Of a DNA stretch of 64,000 bases, positions 36,501-48,745 are shown piece after piece. This DNA comes from Botryllus schlosseri. Taxonomy: Eukaryota. The position numbers were made by a program, and so were the translations under genes. The notes under the pieces are model-generated. The model had not been told where the DNA came from, did not search any database, and worked only from the letters and a program-made list of their open reading frames with translations. Every line of letters begins with the position of its first letter. Positions within the stretch are counted from its first letter, which is position 1. The DNA is taken from assembly GCA_051294905.1 (NCBI GenBank), contig CM119379.1:25172001-25236000 (forward strand), written 5' to 3'.

Positions 36501-39500
36501 ATGAAAATGGTTAATGAATATTTACTAGTTTTACAATTTCCTCATTCATCCGCACTTTCTTGGAAAGTAACAGTATCAAAAACCAAGTCCAGGCAAAATC
36601 GAGTACCCGGGTGATCTGATTCCGGGTTTGAGCATTAAGCTTCGAGTCAAGTCGGGTAATAGAGTTCCACTTATTATGCTGTTGTCACAGTAATAGGCCT
36701 AATGACAGGTTCAAATATACACAGTTTTTGCGTCCACAAGGAAAATGATGATGGATGCGTGTTATCCATAATAATTTTGTATTACTGGACCATGCCTATT
36801 CCGCTGTGGTTAGTCACTGCCACTTGAAAGAAATGTCGTTAGTTGCCGAAATAAGACTAGACGAAGTTTTGGGGCTCCAACGGTGGAAGCACAGTATTGA
36901 AACTCAATTTTTATTTGATAAAATATTACTCCTGAAGATTATACGAAATATTACTCTTGAATAATATCGTATCGAAATATACCCGTATATTTTCGTCTCA
37001 CACTGGTGAGAGGAAATCGTCAGCAACTAATAGGGAATTGAATATAACATTATATATCAACAATCACCAAATATGTGACGATTGTTGATACAAAATTGTT
37101 CTTTCCAATTCTCTACTAGTTGCTGACGATCAACCCTGACGAGTGTCAGCAGAAAATATTCGGGTTCAGTTCAATACGAATATATTATTCAATTACATTA
37201 TATTGAACTTCTGAACCTCAACGAATCTCTGGTACTCTTGGAGCATTTTTTGTTAGAAAAGTTTTGCGCTGCCACAATGAATACAGAATAATATAACTTA
37301 CCCTTGGATCTACAATGGTAGGTGGCGGTGTTGGTCCGCGGGCGCTTCCGGCAGGTGGAATATCTTCCGGTGTTTCATTGCCCTGTCCTTCAGGATCCAC
37401 AGCGGCACCCTCTTGCCGCGCGATAATCGGTCTCGAGAGATGGGCCGCGGTGGACAGGTGACGATAGACGAAATGCTGGCCTTTGACGCTCAGCAAAAAC
37501 TGACAGTTTGGAAACCATTTGGCGTGCTCGACCCAGGGAGCGTCTTCGTAGTCCCAATGCTGGAGACCTCCGTTGCAGTACCAGCATTTGACGCGGTCTC
37601 TCTCTCCTGCGCAAAAAATTTAAGGTATTTCTACAACTAATAACTATGTATCAAACTTTCATATCGGATCTTACGCAAGACACTAAAATTATACTTATTA
37701 GTATCATGAACTACAGTCGAGTCTGCTCAATTCAACCAAAGTGTTCGAATCAGTTGTTAGTTAGATTGTACAGTAGGCCTAGTGTATTTTGATACAAAAC
37801 GATTCAAGAATTACTAGCAATATACTATTTACTGTACTACAGTGTTAAACACACATATAGGGCAGTAATAGTGGCCTACAGTAATTTTTCAAGGGCTGAA
37901 AGACTATCTTCACCCGATAAAAGTACTCCACAAAACAGTAGGAAAGAAAGCAAAGTTAGCCAGATAACTCTTGTGTACCATTCTGTTATACAAGACGGAC
38001 GCAATTGTACCGAAGTAAAAGCAACTATAAGGCTGGCTCGACCTTATACGAGTTCATTGTCTATTGTTAGTGAATGAAACAGCTTTGTTTCACCATAATC
38101 GCTCGTCTTTTGATGAAACGAACAAAGTACTGTTGATTGTGTCATAACGTAACGATAAGAATTGCCACCCTATGTCCGAATTAAGCTGAGAATTGTCCGA
38201 AGTAACCTAGTTTGTTACTTGCAATTTTTACTTTTCTTGCGTACTCGAGCATTTGACCCTTTCAATCCCAGACCATTGTCTCTGTACACCTCGGATTCCT
38301 TGAAAATTGCATTTAATTGCACATTATCCAGGATTCATAGACTCACTAGTTTTCGGTTATTCGACGCGTGTGACGCATCACTATTTAGATCGCATCAAGA
38401 CGCTCTTCGCTGTATGATTTAGGAATCATTTGGAGAACTAGATGTAACCGTGTGGGGAAATCTTCTGAAGGTGGTTTTGCGGTGAGAGAATATTCCCTCG
38501 AGAAGTTGTGGTAAGAACGTACTTTTGGCTAATTTATTTACATGGTTCTAGATTGAATATATTGAAATGAAGTGTAAGGTATTGCTTGTAATCATGTAAA
38601 TATTACAGAAAAAAAAAACGGGAAGGGTCAATCAAGTCTTATTTGTTTTGTAACTCAGAAGTAACATAGGTGTAGGTAACGCGTTGGAGTGCGTCTGAAA
38701 AAGTGTATCTTCATTGTAGTTGTGAGTTGGTTCACAAGTGGAGCTGGCTGAGAGCTGTGATCTGGCAGGAGAAGGAAGACTTGACCATCACTATATTCTG
38801 TACTGTATGCACCTTATTTTCATCCGGTGTTCAGCTTTGTCTCATTAGATATATACTCAAGCAAAGATCATGCCCATAGATGCTATTCTTCATCAACTAC
38901 CCATACTGTATAATATAGTTATTATGCTATTTTGTTAGCTGAAATGCATATTTACTCATTTCTTTCATTTCACCTTTCAAATTCATTATTTATATGTACA
39001 TATTGTCTTGATTTTATCAACAGGTTCTACCAAGATACTGGGTGAAACCAAATGATGTACCCGTAAATGAGGGCATGCTTGTCATAAAAACGATGTAAAA
39101 GATTTGATGATTTGGTTCTTTTTATTGACCTAGCGCAAAATCAACAAGGACAATTTTGAACGTACTATGCAATGTATGGTGTTATTATAGTATACTGATG
39201 TTATCAAAAAATTATTCAACAAAAATTTCGTGAAACACGTCTTGTGGGGACAGATATAAATTGTCTAAGCGAACGCCTGGCACAGTGGCACACCAGTGAA
39301 GGGTTTGATAGCTTCCTTGCCTTACCGCAATGGGCGAAAGTCTCCTGTCAATACGTTCTCAATATGTTGGTGCTAGCTCGGAGTATTGGACAAGATGGCA
39401 TTCACTACTGTACGAGCGTACGTACCCTGCCGATCAAATCGCGTAGTTGAGAAGGTTAGCATTGTTTAATCATCAATCATATTTTATATCTGTGTTAGAG

Positions 39501-42500
39501 CTCACAATTGAAACATGTTTTTCGGATTTGATTTACGGCTACTACTATTGTGCTATATATTATATAGTATATAATGTCAATTGAGCCTCACATCGCTTCT
39601 ACCATTAAGAATAATATTTAGAATATTGCATTAGTGGACTTCCACGTTATTTCTGGTCCAATCAAAATCGGTTAACGTCCTAATCGTGATGTGGGCATTT
39701 CGGAAACACAATCACCCACTCATATGAGGGGGTTGGGTCTCAAAGAGAATCAACATTCCGATCAAAATTTTAGACATTTTAATTAGAATTCTAAGCGGTG
39801 TCACTTGTTGATGCATCACTCTTAAATATTTGCACTATCACTGTGACATACAAGTGTCCAAAAACAGATCATGTGTTAAAACACTTTCAACTAAAGAAGC
39901 AAGATTCCCCAGGAATCCCCCAGAGATCTCTAGATTCATGCATAGCAACCAACCAAATATGGATACTGAACTACAGATTTAGGGGTCCTTTGTTGTCGGT
40001 ACAATGGAGGCAATATCATAACAATGTAGCTACCATTTGGTGAAATAAAACAGAGATGATGCAACCTCCCTTGTACTAATGAATCCATGGTAACAACAGA
40101 GCAGCCTTAAAAACTCAGAATAGTAATTAGTATCGAATTTCCGTTCAGTAAGGAGCTGTAGCTAGTTTCTAAATGTACGTAGTTAGTCATTGATCGCTAC
40201 TTCGAAGTTGCAAGATGTATCTTCACATCTAACACAAAATGATTAAAGACGCTACAAACAGATGCAATTTTCAAAATAGATTCAGCAAGTAGGGGGCTAC
40301 TGTGACGGCAGTTTCACCATGTTTTTATTACGGTTTCACGCATAAAAATGATCCAAACTTACCTCAAAGCTACTTTCTACTTCTAAACTCCAAAATGTAA
40401 CGTAGTTCTGCTTAAAACCTTTAGTAATTGGTGCAAGTAGTCAAAATCTACTCGAGTACTTTGAAAAAGTAGGAGTAATGGTACTCTGTACTGACCTAAT
40501 CTGTCATATCCATTATCAGATGTGTGGATCACACCGGAATTGAAAAAAAAAAAATTTCAGCTTTTTTAGGTTACGGTAAATTAGAATTATAGGTAGGCCT
40601 ACATAGATTTTTCCAAATTAGATTAGAATTAGAATTATTGAATTCGTAAAAACTTGGAAATGGATTTAAATTCCGAATTATAAAGACATGCAACATAAAT
40701 CGATTTCCGTTCACATCAAACCAGAGTTCATTCTTGAATGGCAATTATCTGTAGAGCAAGCTTGGCTGGATTTGCACCATACAGTTCTCCTGTAGCATTT
40801 ACTGGATTAATTCAAAAAAATTAGAATAAAAATGAGGGCATAGAAACATTACCCAAATTAGATTGGATTAGATTACTGACATTCCACTCTAATTAGTCTA
40901 ATAAGACGACTAGAATTATCTAGTTGTCCAAGTCTGTATCCGACGTAAATTCATTACGAATGCATAAAACCGCACAATTCGTGGTTACTAACCAAGGAAA
41001 AAGAAACCGGCTTGCGCGATTTCGTCAGGCGTCGCGGCCATCGTGCCAACCGGCCATCTGCTGTCGAAGGTGTCCAATCTCGTGGCTTCGCTCCTCATGT
41101 GCGGATTCGAAGGAAATCGGCAGGGAAAGTTCCTGCGTCGCTCTTGCTGGGTCTCGGGCTGCGTCGGGACTGGATAGTTGCGAGTCTCGGTGCCCAGGAC
41201 AAATGGGCAGTTGGGAAAATGGGTGCGATGTTCCACCTGGAAAATTTCCATTCACAAATTTTTATAATCAGATTTGTAAATTAAGTGATGATACATTAGT
41301 ATTACGATGCATATTGGTTCTGAACTTAAGTAGCTTGAGTCATTTCTCATGAGTAGCGCTGGACAAAATCGTGTACTTTAGTGATTCGTTTCTGAATAGA
41401 GTATTCAGATAGCTCTCATTATGTCATCATAAAACTACGAGTTCGAATATGTACCTTTTATGCGACCACAAAATATATACTGCCATTTCTAGATTACATT
41501 AAAGATAAGAAATGTCATTTCCACTGTTCTGCATGGCTTTGTACTAGATGATTTGCATGCTGCGATAGTAGCAATCGAGGTTTCAAGGGTTCAACAATGG
41601 AGAAATAGTATAGAAACTATAATTCTACTTGATAAACTAACTTTTAGTGGCAAGAAGTACATAGCTCCAGCAATCGAAAGGATCATCTCTCAAGGCTGGT
41701 GCGCATTTGCGATTCTCACTCTCGCACTAAATTGACCAAAATGAATGAATACGTCATCCCTGAAGGAAAAGCGGGAATAGAATTGAGCGGGGATCTGCAT
41801 GTCGTCACTACCGTGCGTCAAGCTACTTTCACACGGAAACAAAATCGATCGATCTTCTCTGGCCGCAATTTGCACTGAGCATAGTATTCGCAGTGGAAAA
41901 TCAACAGTCGTTGACAAGTATGAGTATTGTGCATAGGCAGGACGATAAGGTCGGGGTAAGCAGCCAAATTGACCAGCCGACAGAAGGCTACTTGAATTTA
42001 CGCACTCTCACAATTGAACCCACAAAGGATCGGCATTCAATATTTGAAAACCAGTCAGCCTTCCCAGAATGAATTCTCACGGATGAACTCTATCGTTCTC
42101 TCCGCGTAAAAAAAAAACGAGAAAGAAGAGGCTCTTTACGTGCCGAGCAAGCAAGAGAAGAGAAGAGAAAGGAAGAGAAAGTAAAAAACACTGTACGCAT
42201 ACGATTTAAACAAGTCTGCACTATGCTTTACTACAAGACTTGAATCGTTACAATTAATAATGACAACCACCTTTTTTGCAATACCGCAATTCAAAATCAC
42301 TTCACTCATGGTCCAGTTGAATATGTTTTGACAGCTACCCAGTAATTATGTCATACAGGACTCTCATAAAACAAATACGGTACTAAAAGTATCCACTATT
42401 TTCCAGAATTCAAGAGACATAAAGTCACAGCATACCGGCACGCTGTCGTGTACAGTCCAATTCCTGAGTACTCCGGCACAGGAAAAGCATTGGGTTCTGT

Positions 42501-45500
42501 CCATATCTCCGAGATAGAAGAAGCCGTTCTTCGCTAAATCTGCCGGCGATACAGTCGGCCGTCTGGTTGGCCAGCGAGCAAAAGAGACAAGCCTGATAAT
42601 TCAAAAATACTAGATCCATGACCAGGAGTGTTATGTCTCCAGGTGATATCGTGGAATCCTTCACATATCACCGGACGAATGATAAATAGAGAAGGAACAA
42701 GTCATAATAATAGGAGAAAACGACAAGATACTACATCGCATTTTCTTTAGAAAAAGTGACACATCAATATAGGTATATATTTCGGAATGTTGCCTTGAAA
42801 CACTTCATAAATTAGAGTAGAATTAGACTACCGGCACTTTGCTATAAATGACAACTTGAAATAAATCTAGTTTTACAAGTTTGCTTGCAACCGCTGGTTT
42901 GTGAGAGCAGAGGTGTAAGTGTGTGACCACTAAGTTACAGTGGCTGTCAGAAGTAGCATATTGGTAATCGTGCAAAAAATATATCCGTATATCTGTTGTA
43001 ATTTACCTATCCAGCTCTCTGTTGAGATACAAACAGTTCAAGAACCGTCGGTGATCGGATGAAACCACGTTCGCCATTCTCCATTCTCTCGGTGGTTGTT
43101 GCGCCGTTGAGTTTCTGTTGACCAGGATACTTGGTTCGCCATTTCCATGGCCTTGGGTGATGATTCCACCTTGAATATTGAACGTGTTGCCAGGTCCGAT
43201 TTCGATGGTGCCACCTTCAAAACGATTGATTTAACGTAATTCGATATTTCATCATATTAACGGGACTAGCACCAATAAAAGTTGAAAAGTATCAAAATTT
43301 TCAATTTATTTTTTGGGTAGAATGACTCACAGTTATTTGAAAAAACAACATCCATATCTATATTTTGCTAATTTTCGTTAGGCCTAGCGCCTAGGTATAC
43401 CATGGTCTGAGTTACAAAACTTCGCAGCAAACTTTTGAAAACTGAATTTTGAGATTTCGAAACAAAATTTCTCCAAGATGAGTTGCGCATGATCCTCAAG
43501 ACTTTAGCAACATGTAGGACTGTCCAATTACTTCTTAAAACAGGCGTTAGATCAGAAAGGGGCATCACAATTTTGAGGTTATCAGGTTGTCGTGTCGGAG
43601 CACTATCCATCTTGTCAAATCCAAATTCTCTGAGATAGAACTACGATTTCTGATATTTTCTTTACAGCATAGAGACACCTAGAAGCGATGCAAATTCCAT
43701 GGTGATGGGGCTAGCCCTTCGCGAGATAGCGCTGTTGAGGTGCTAGAGACCCCTTAATATGAAAAGTAATCTGTTGAAAATTCCAGCAGACAGCTATCTA
43801 TATTTGTTACAACATTTATAGCAACGTGGCACGAAACTTTCATTTTCAGCATCTAATGGCATAACACGCATTTCACATCGATCAATATTACATTCCTTGC
43901 AGCTTTTGTGCAAATGTACACTCAGAAGTGGTCGTTAACAAAGTGCTATTACTTTAACCGAGTTCTCAAATAGGTTTCGCCTACTTGTACTTCTTGCTCA
44001 ATAAGTTACTCTGTGTATTTACACTGTCACTTAAAGCCGGGAGTGCACCATCCATAAACACATCCCAGTTGTCAGTCCCAGTCAAGCGGACGCGACACAA
44101 GAGAGATGAGGGACAAGGAGAAACGAGGAGCAGAAAGAGCTAGAGAGTGACAAGTTGCTTTCATGCGTAGGATTCCCATCCTTCAATCCCTATGTAGTAC
44201 ACGGGAAAAATAATTTGTTTCATTAGTGCTTATTACTGCTTATCTAGGCTACAGTGATTGATTTCGGGGCTAAATTTGCTATATGTCGCGATACAATAGG
44301 ACAATAGGTGCGGTGCCAACTGGTATTGATATTGACAAAGGAAAGCTCATTTGTTTGTTGTCATATGGGTTTGGTATGCGTGTATGAAGCCCTTTGATGG
44401 CCACTTCAAGGGCTTATATTCTCGTGTCGGTGTCGCTCAAAGAAATTACACATGCTACGATTCCTAAAACAATCTAATATCACTGACAGGAAAACATCAC
44501 AGTTTTTGTATTCTCCGAGTTTGAATGCATATTATCGAGACGTCACAGTCACGGCTGGGCGAATATTGTCCCCTATCAGTTGCTATGACACAATCCCACT
44601 AATATCACTGAAAGAGGAACACGAGACTATTCTGAGCACGTCTGCTTACCAAGCAGACTACACACAAAGCCTGCATAGTTTACAAGTCAAAAATACTCAC
44701 CGCCCCGCTGGACTCTTTCAGGTAGATCCCTCGGATACCGTACTCTAACCAAATCACCAGTTCTTGGATCCCGTTGCTCCAACACTTCAACCTGTTATAT
44801 GGAAGCAGATGAAATGGTCTGACGCTGCCATATACGTAGAAACTATGCCGGGATCGCACTGCCAATACTTGAAAGCAACTAAATAGATAATAACCTGATG
44901 CGGTCAAAGTAATCACCGTTACTACTCAAGTAGAGGTAACGCCATAAATTCCAACTAAATTACTAATATCAAGAGGGGAAGTAGGATATAAAATGCATAA
45001 CAACTACTTGGGCAAGTATTTTGATAAAACAGAATTGGTCAAGAGGCCACATGCTTTCAGCAGATATTCAGAGGTGGCGACATTTGAAATTACAGGTACA
45101 GGGGCACTATTTCACACAGTTTTTATGACAATTTCACTCACAGAATTTAAGAGATTTCAAATTACTTAGTAGAATTGGAATCGGTCTATAACCATAGTGA
45201 CCAGATATATTAATAACAAGACCTTTACCACAATCAAATAAACAATCATGGCATGCATAATAAAGATAAATTCAATTACATTTCAATATTATATAGCAGT
45301 GGTTTCCCCTAACTACTTGAGTGTCGGAGTACATATGTATGGTGCCGCATAAAAACCTCAAGCACTTGAAACAAACATTTAAAAGCATATATCTCCGGAT
45401 TACATTATCTGGCTAATTCGAAAGCATGCACATAGACTCCTACAGATTTTATATTTGTTATTTTAGCAATTATAGACGCAGATTTGCAAGCGTTATTCAT

Positions 45501-47958
45501 TGAAACAGACTGCAAATGCATATCATTACTACAGCATAATGTACATGTCGCGAGTGATAGCTCTTCATACATAAATGAACGTATTGCACAAGTTTGCGAG
45601 GGAATATTCGCCGAGTAATATTGGACTTATTATGAATTATGCTTGATTATTAGCCGTTCTGTTGATGGGTCTATCACTAGTTGAACTCACGATACATACC
45701 CTTAGGTGACGGGTATTGATCCATACGATTGACATTAGTCTGCTGGAATTCTCGTCCCGGTTTACAGAAGCGGCCTTGAGCGGCTTAGACATAGCTAATA
45801 TCCATGATTTTAGCATTGATTTTAGTACAGAAATTGACAGGAAGAATTCATAGAAACAAACAACCACTCTCGATCATAATTTTGTGGAATATTCAGGGAG
45901 AGCCGCAGTCAATGAGAGCCACAAGGATCCAGGCTTGAATTCAGTCTTAAATCACTGTGATATAGCCTCAAACTATCAATACACGAGGGCCTTATCAAAC
46001 CGACACCCTACTAGACCATCGTCTTTTCAACCTCAAAAACGATCAACAAAGCTACAGTGCAAACTGTACTCCTGTCTATCCTCGTTGACTTACTTCAGTG
46101 TTTCTTGCATTAAATCCCGAACCAGGTCCTTGAAACCTCGCAAACAAACTTGCGCTCGGAACATTCCCGCATTCTCTACCTCTCGGAAATGGACACGAAT
46201 CCCTACGGCAAACGAAAAAGGATGCAAACTACATTCGAATCCGCATAATTCGGACACCGGATAACCCGGGCAAGTGGGCAACCGTTTTACTCAGCCGAAA
46301 CAGAAATTTTGCTGTTAATTGGAGAATTCTCCGCCTAATTCGGACACAGGTTCGCAATTCCTACTGTTAGGTGATGACTCAATAAACAGCATAAGATGAA
46401 TGATTATGGTGAAACAATGTCATACAGTAACAATGAACTCATAAGGCTATACGAGTTTCATAGTCTCTTCTAGTAGAACAGAAAGGTTTAATTCTTACTG
46501 TTTTGTGGTCATGTGATGTATCCTACTTTTATCAAGTGAAAATACCATTTCAGCCTTTGCTGCATGGCTAAGATGGCTTAGCACTGTGTTTGAAGAATTA
46601 CTGTACCATTTTATTTCGTATATGTGTGTATTGCAGTATTAAATATTTGTTGATTTGTTTGGTATGGAAATACTGTACAATACAGTTAACCTGAAGGTTA
46701 AAGGGGCACTGCGCTCTAAAAATGATGTGGTCTCAAATTGAAGGTAAAAACGAACAAAAATTTTTGGCCGCAGCCATTTCCTTCAGAACGCCACCGTAAT
46801 GGAGCTGCAATTTAATGAAATTTCTTCAAGACCAGCTGCCGCGGCTGCTTCACCCGTTCCATGGCACGATGTCTTCATCGTCGCACTTGCTCGACGCGAT
46901 ATGGCAGTCACGCAGAGAACGAAACTTGGACACATTTCCTTCATAACATCGGCTGACAACTATCTAAAATTCGTTCTCTGCGTGACTGCCTAATCGCGTC
47001 GAGCAAGTGCGACGGTGAAGATATCGTGCCATGTAACGGGTTAAGCAGCCGCGGCATCTGGTCTTGTAGAAATTTCAATAAATTGCAGCTCCATTACGGT
47101 GTCGTTCTGAAGGAAATGACCGCGGCCAAAAATTTTTGTTCGTTTTTACCTTCAATTTAAGACCACATCATTTTTAGAGCGCAGTGCCCCTTTAACTCTT
47201 GTGTTATGCGATCAGTGTAATTACTGAAATTCATTCAGTACGCAACGGTATGGTGTTTTTACTGCATTGTCTGCCTTTATGCATAACCTTTAAATTTGCT
47301 GAATTTGCAGAAGAGACATGTAGGTAGCACTAGCAGTAATGCTCTACATGTTACCTTTTACATGCACAACAGAAAAGGCGGTCTTGATTTGAGAAGGAAA
47401 CTTCGATAAAACAAATAGTTCAGTTTGTTGCTATGGTACATTCCACCTTTTTTTACTCGTATAGTCACATGCAAATATTTAAAGAATGACGATGATCGAA
47501 ATGGCAAGCGTACTGCAGGAATGGATACCAATAAAATTAAGAAATTGGACAAAACGTTTATGCCTGAGAAAGTAGCGTTAAACACTGATGGCTATTAAAA
47601 CAGACAGATTATTGCTCGAAAACATTACAAATCTGAGAAAATCTGATATTCAAATCAGAATGGGCAAATACTCTAATGATCTAAAATACTGCTTGTAAAT
47701 AACTTACTTGTGCCACTTCAATTCTAATGGGTTATCGCTGCTCTCCCATCGTTCCACCGTCCTGCCACAAGCGAAACATTTCACTCTGTCGGTGTAGCCA
47801 GTAAAGTAAAATCCTCCTTTTGCAAGGGCTTTTCTATCCATTGCAGAATGAGCTGGATAGTTGTTGAATGTCGACAGCCTGTAGGATTCCACTCTCACAT
47901 CTCCTACAACGATTTCATGAGCGGTCTCATAAACATATACAAAACTACCCAATTTGTG
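33553..47958 (-). CDS. Baculoviral IAP repeat-containing protein, XIAP-like architecture BIR1-BIR2-BIR3-UBA-RING (no CARD); 5' end unresolved
   Basis: Exons (minus): 47958-47708, 46202-46094, 44791-44701, 43214-43007, 42592-42436, 41236-40993, 37606-37302, 35859-35764, 35697-35508, 34523-34374, 34138-34083, 33732-33553; all GT-AG with matching phases. BIR2 CFSCAGVLRNW..EHRTHFPNC, BIR3 CWYCNGGLQHW..EHAKWFPNC, UBA MGFSEHLIRQAL, C-terminal RING CKIC..CGHMCCC..C..CPVCR..KTYLQ*. Confidence 0.95.
34790..35390. repeat. GAGTC/ACTCGA-rich MITE-like repeats in an IAP intron
   Basis: Dense GAGTCGAGTC / ACTCGA arrays; similar patches near 1050, 32470-32670 and 36590-36660; boundaries approximate. Confidence 0.5.
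35938..35980 (+). ncRNA. Hammerhead-motif repeat copy (G12 mutated)
   Basis: GCCC-CTGACGA-GTGTCAGCC-AAAA-ATATTC. Confidence 0.45.
36975..37165. ncRNA. Inverted pair of hammerhead-motif repeats (minus degenerate about 36975-37045; plus 37122-37165)
   Basis: Plus copy GCTGACGATCAACC-CTGACGA-GTGTCAGCA-GAAA-ATAT-TC-GGGTT; upstream ATCGTCAGCAACTA is the reverse complement of its 5' part. Confidence 0.55.
40540..40936 (+). mobile_element. Partial CAGACTTGGACAACTAGA-family MITE, ending 56 bp from an IAP donor site
   Basis: Ends in TCTAGTTGTCCAAGTCTG; internal AAATTAGATTAGAATTAG; left boundary approximate. Confidence 0.7.
46702..47191. mobile_element. Palindromic Kolobok-like MITE, copy 2 (IAP intron)
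   Basis: TTAA TSD and AGGGGCAC ends; about 30 bp longer central spacer than copy 1. Confidence 0.85.
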
Positions 47959-48603
47959 CTGGAGGTAAGATGATGTTGAAGGTTTACATAACAGATCGGT
48001 TAGTTGAGCTGGTGTGACTGGGTGAGCACTTGTTTCTTGTAATATTCTTATTTACCATGCGAGGGCCATAGAAATATACAGGCCTCTGATATAGCAGGTC
48101 ATGACAGGAACACACTTGTACGAACTACTGAATTTTTAAAACTCGCAACTAGAAATAGAGCTAACAATCTTTGACAATCCGCAACTAACTAATTAAACAT
48201 AACTAACTATTAACTAATAACTGATAATACGAACTACTGAATTACAAATGAGCTAAGAAAGATTGGAGATAGAATCGGCATTCAGAAGGACAGGGTTTCC
48301 AGTTTGAAATGAAATGGGGGTTTTGGCCCCCGAAACCCTCCTCCTGGCTATGCCACTGTTAGTAGTGATGACTCTGAGCTGGCAAAGGCTGCAATTTACG
48401 CCAAATGACGACACACGTTTTTTAGTTGTTCTACAACTAAATTATTTTTAAAATGAGCAGCTAGAACTAGAACTACTCACTTTTTAACATCCGCAACTAT
48501 AACTACTCAAAAAACCTTCTTGTTAGTTGACCGTCAACTATCTACATTGGTAGTTGGTACAAGTCTGCACAGGCAGTTTATCGTCACAACAACAGCATGG
48601 TAC

Positions 48604-48745
48604 CATTTCTGAAGCAGTCATTGGAAGATGCTTACCTGGTGGTATATAAATGCTTTGTTGGCCAGGAGGATCTCTTATGTCATCTGATACCCTTCCGGGC
48701 GCGTCTGAAGCAACTTGGACAAGACTTGTTTGATAATTTTCAGAT
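48604..48745 (-). CDS. Candidate upstream coding exon of the IAP gene
   Basis: Strong acceptor TTCTGTGTTCTCAG; open frame SENYQTSLVQVASDAPGRVSDDIRDPPGQQSIYIPP; donors at 48636 (GTAAGC, phase 1) or 48604 (GTACCA, phase 0, in frame with the BIR1 exon). Confidence 0.5.

Noticed and set aside
40924-41352. 142-aa plus-strand ORF (and similar ORFs at 33542, 35460, 37413)
   Set aside because: Antisense shadows of IAP exons.
41690-41917. Possible CR1 RT C-terminal relic (FSARVRIANA..P)
   Set aside because: Similarity too weak and short to call.
43368-43610. 80-aa ORF as an IAP exon or hAT dimerisation relic
   Set aside because: Not needed for the IAP frame, and the hAT resemblance is marginal.
44701-44791. 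GDLVRVR read as an LTR-retrotransposon integrase tail
   Set aside because: It is a phase-compatible IAP exon with canonical splice sites.
47470-47512. YACHF... as the exon completing BIR1
   Set aside because: Wrong phase and it ends in a stop; 46202-46094 fits instead.
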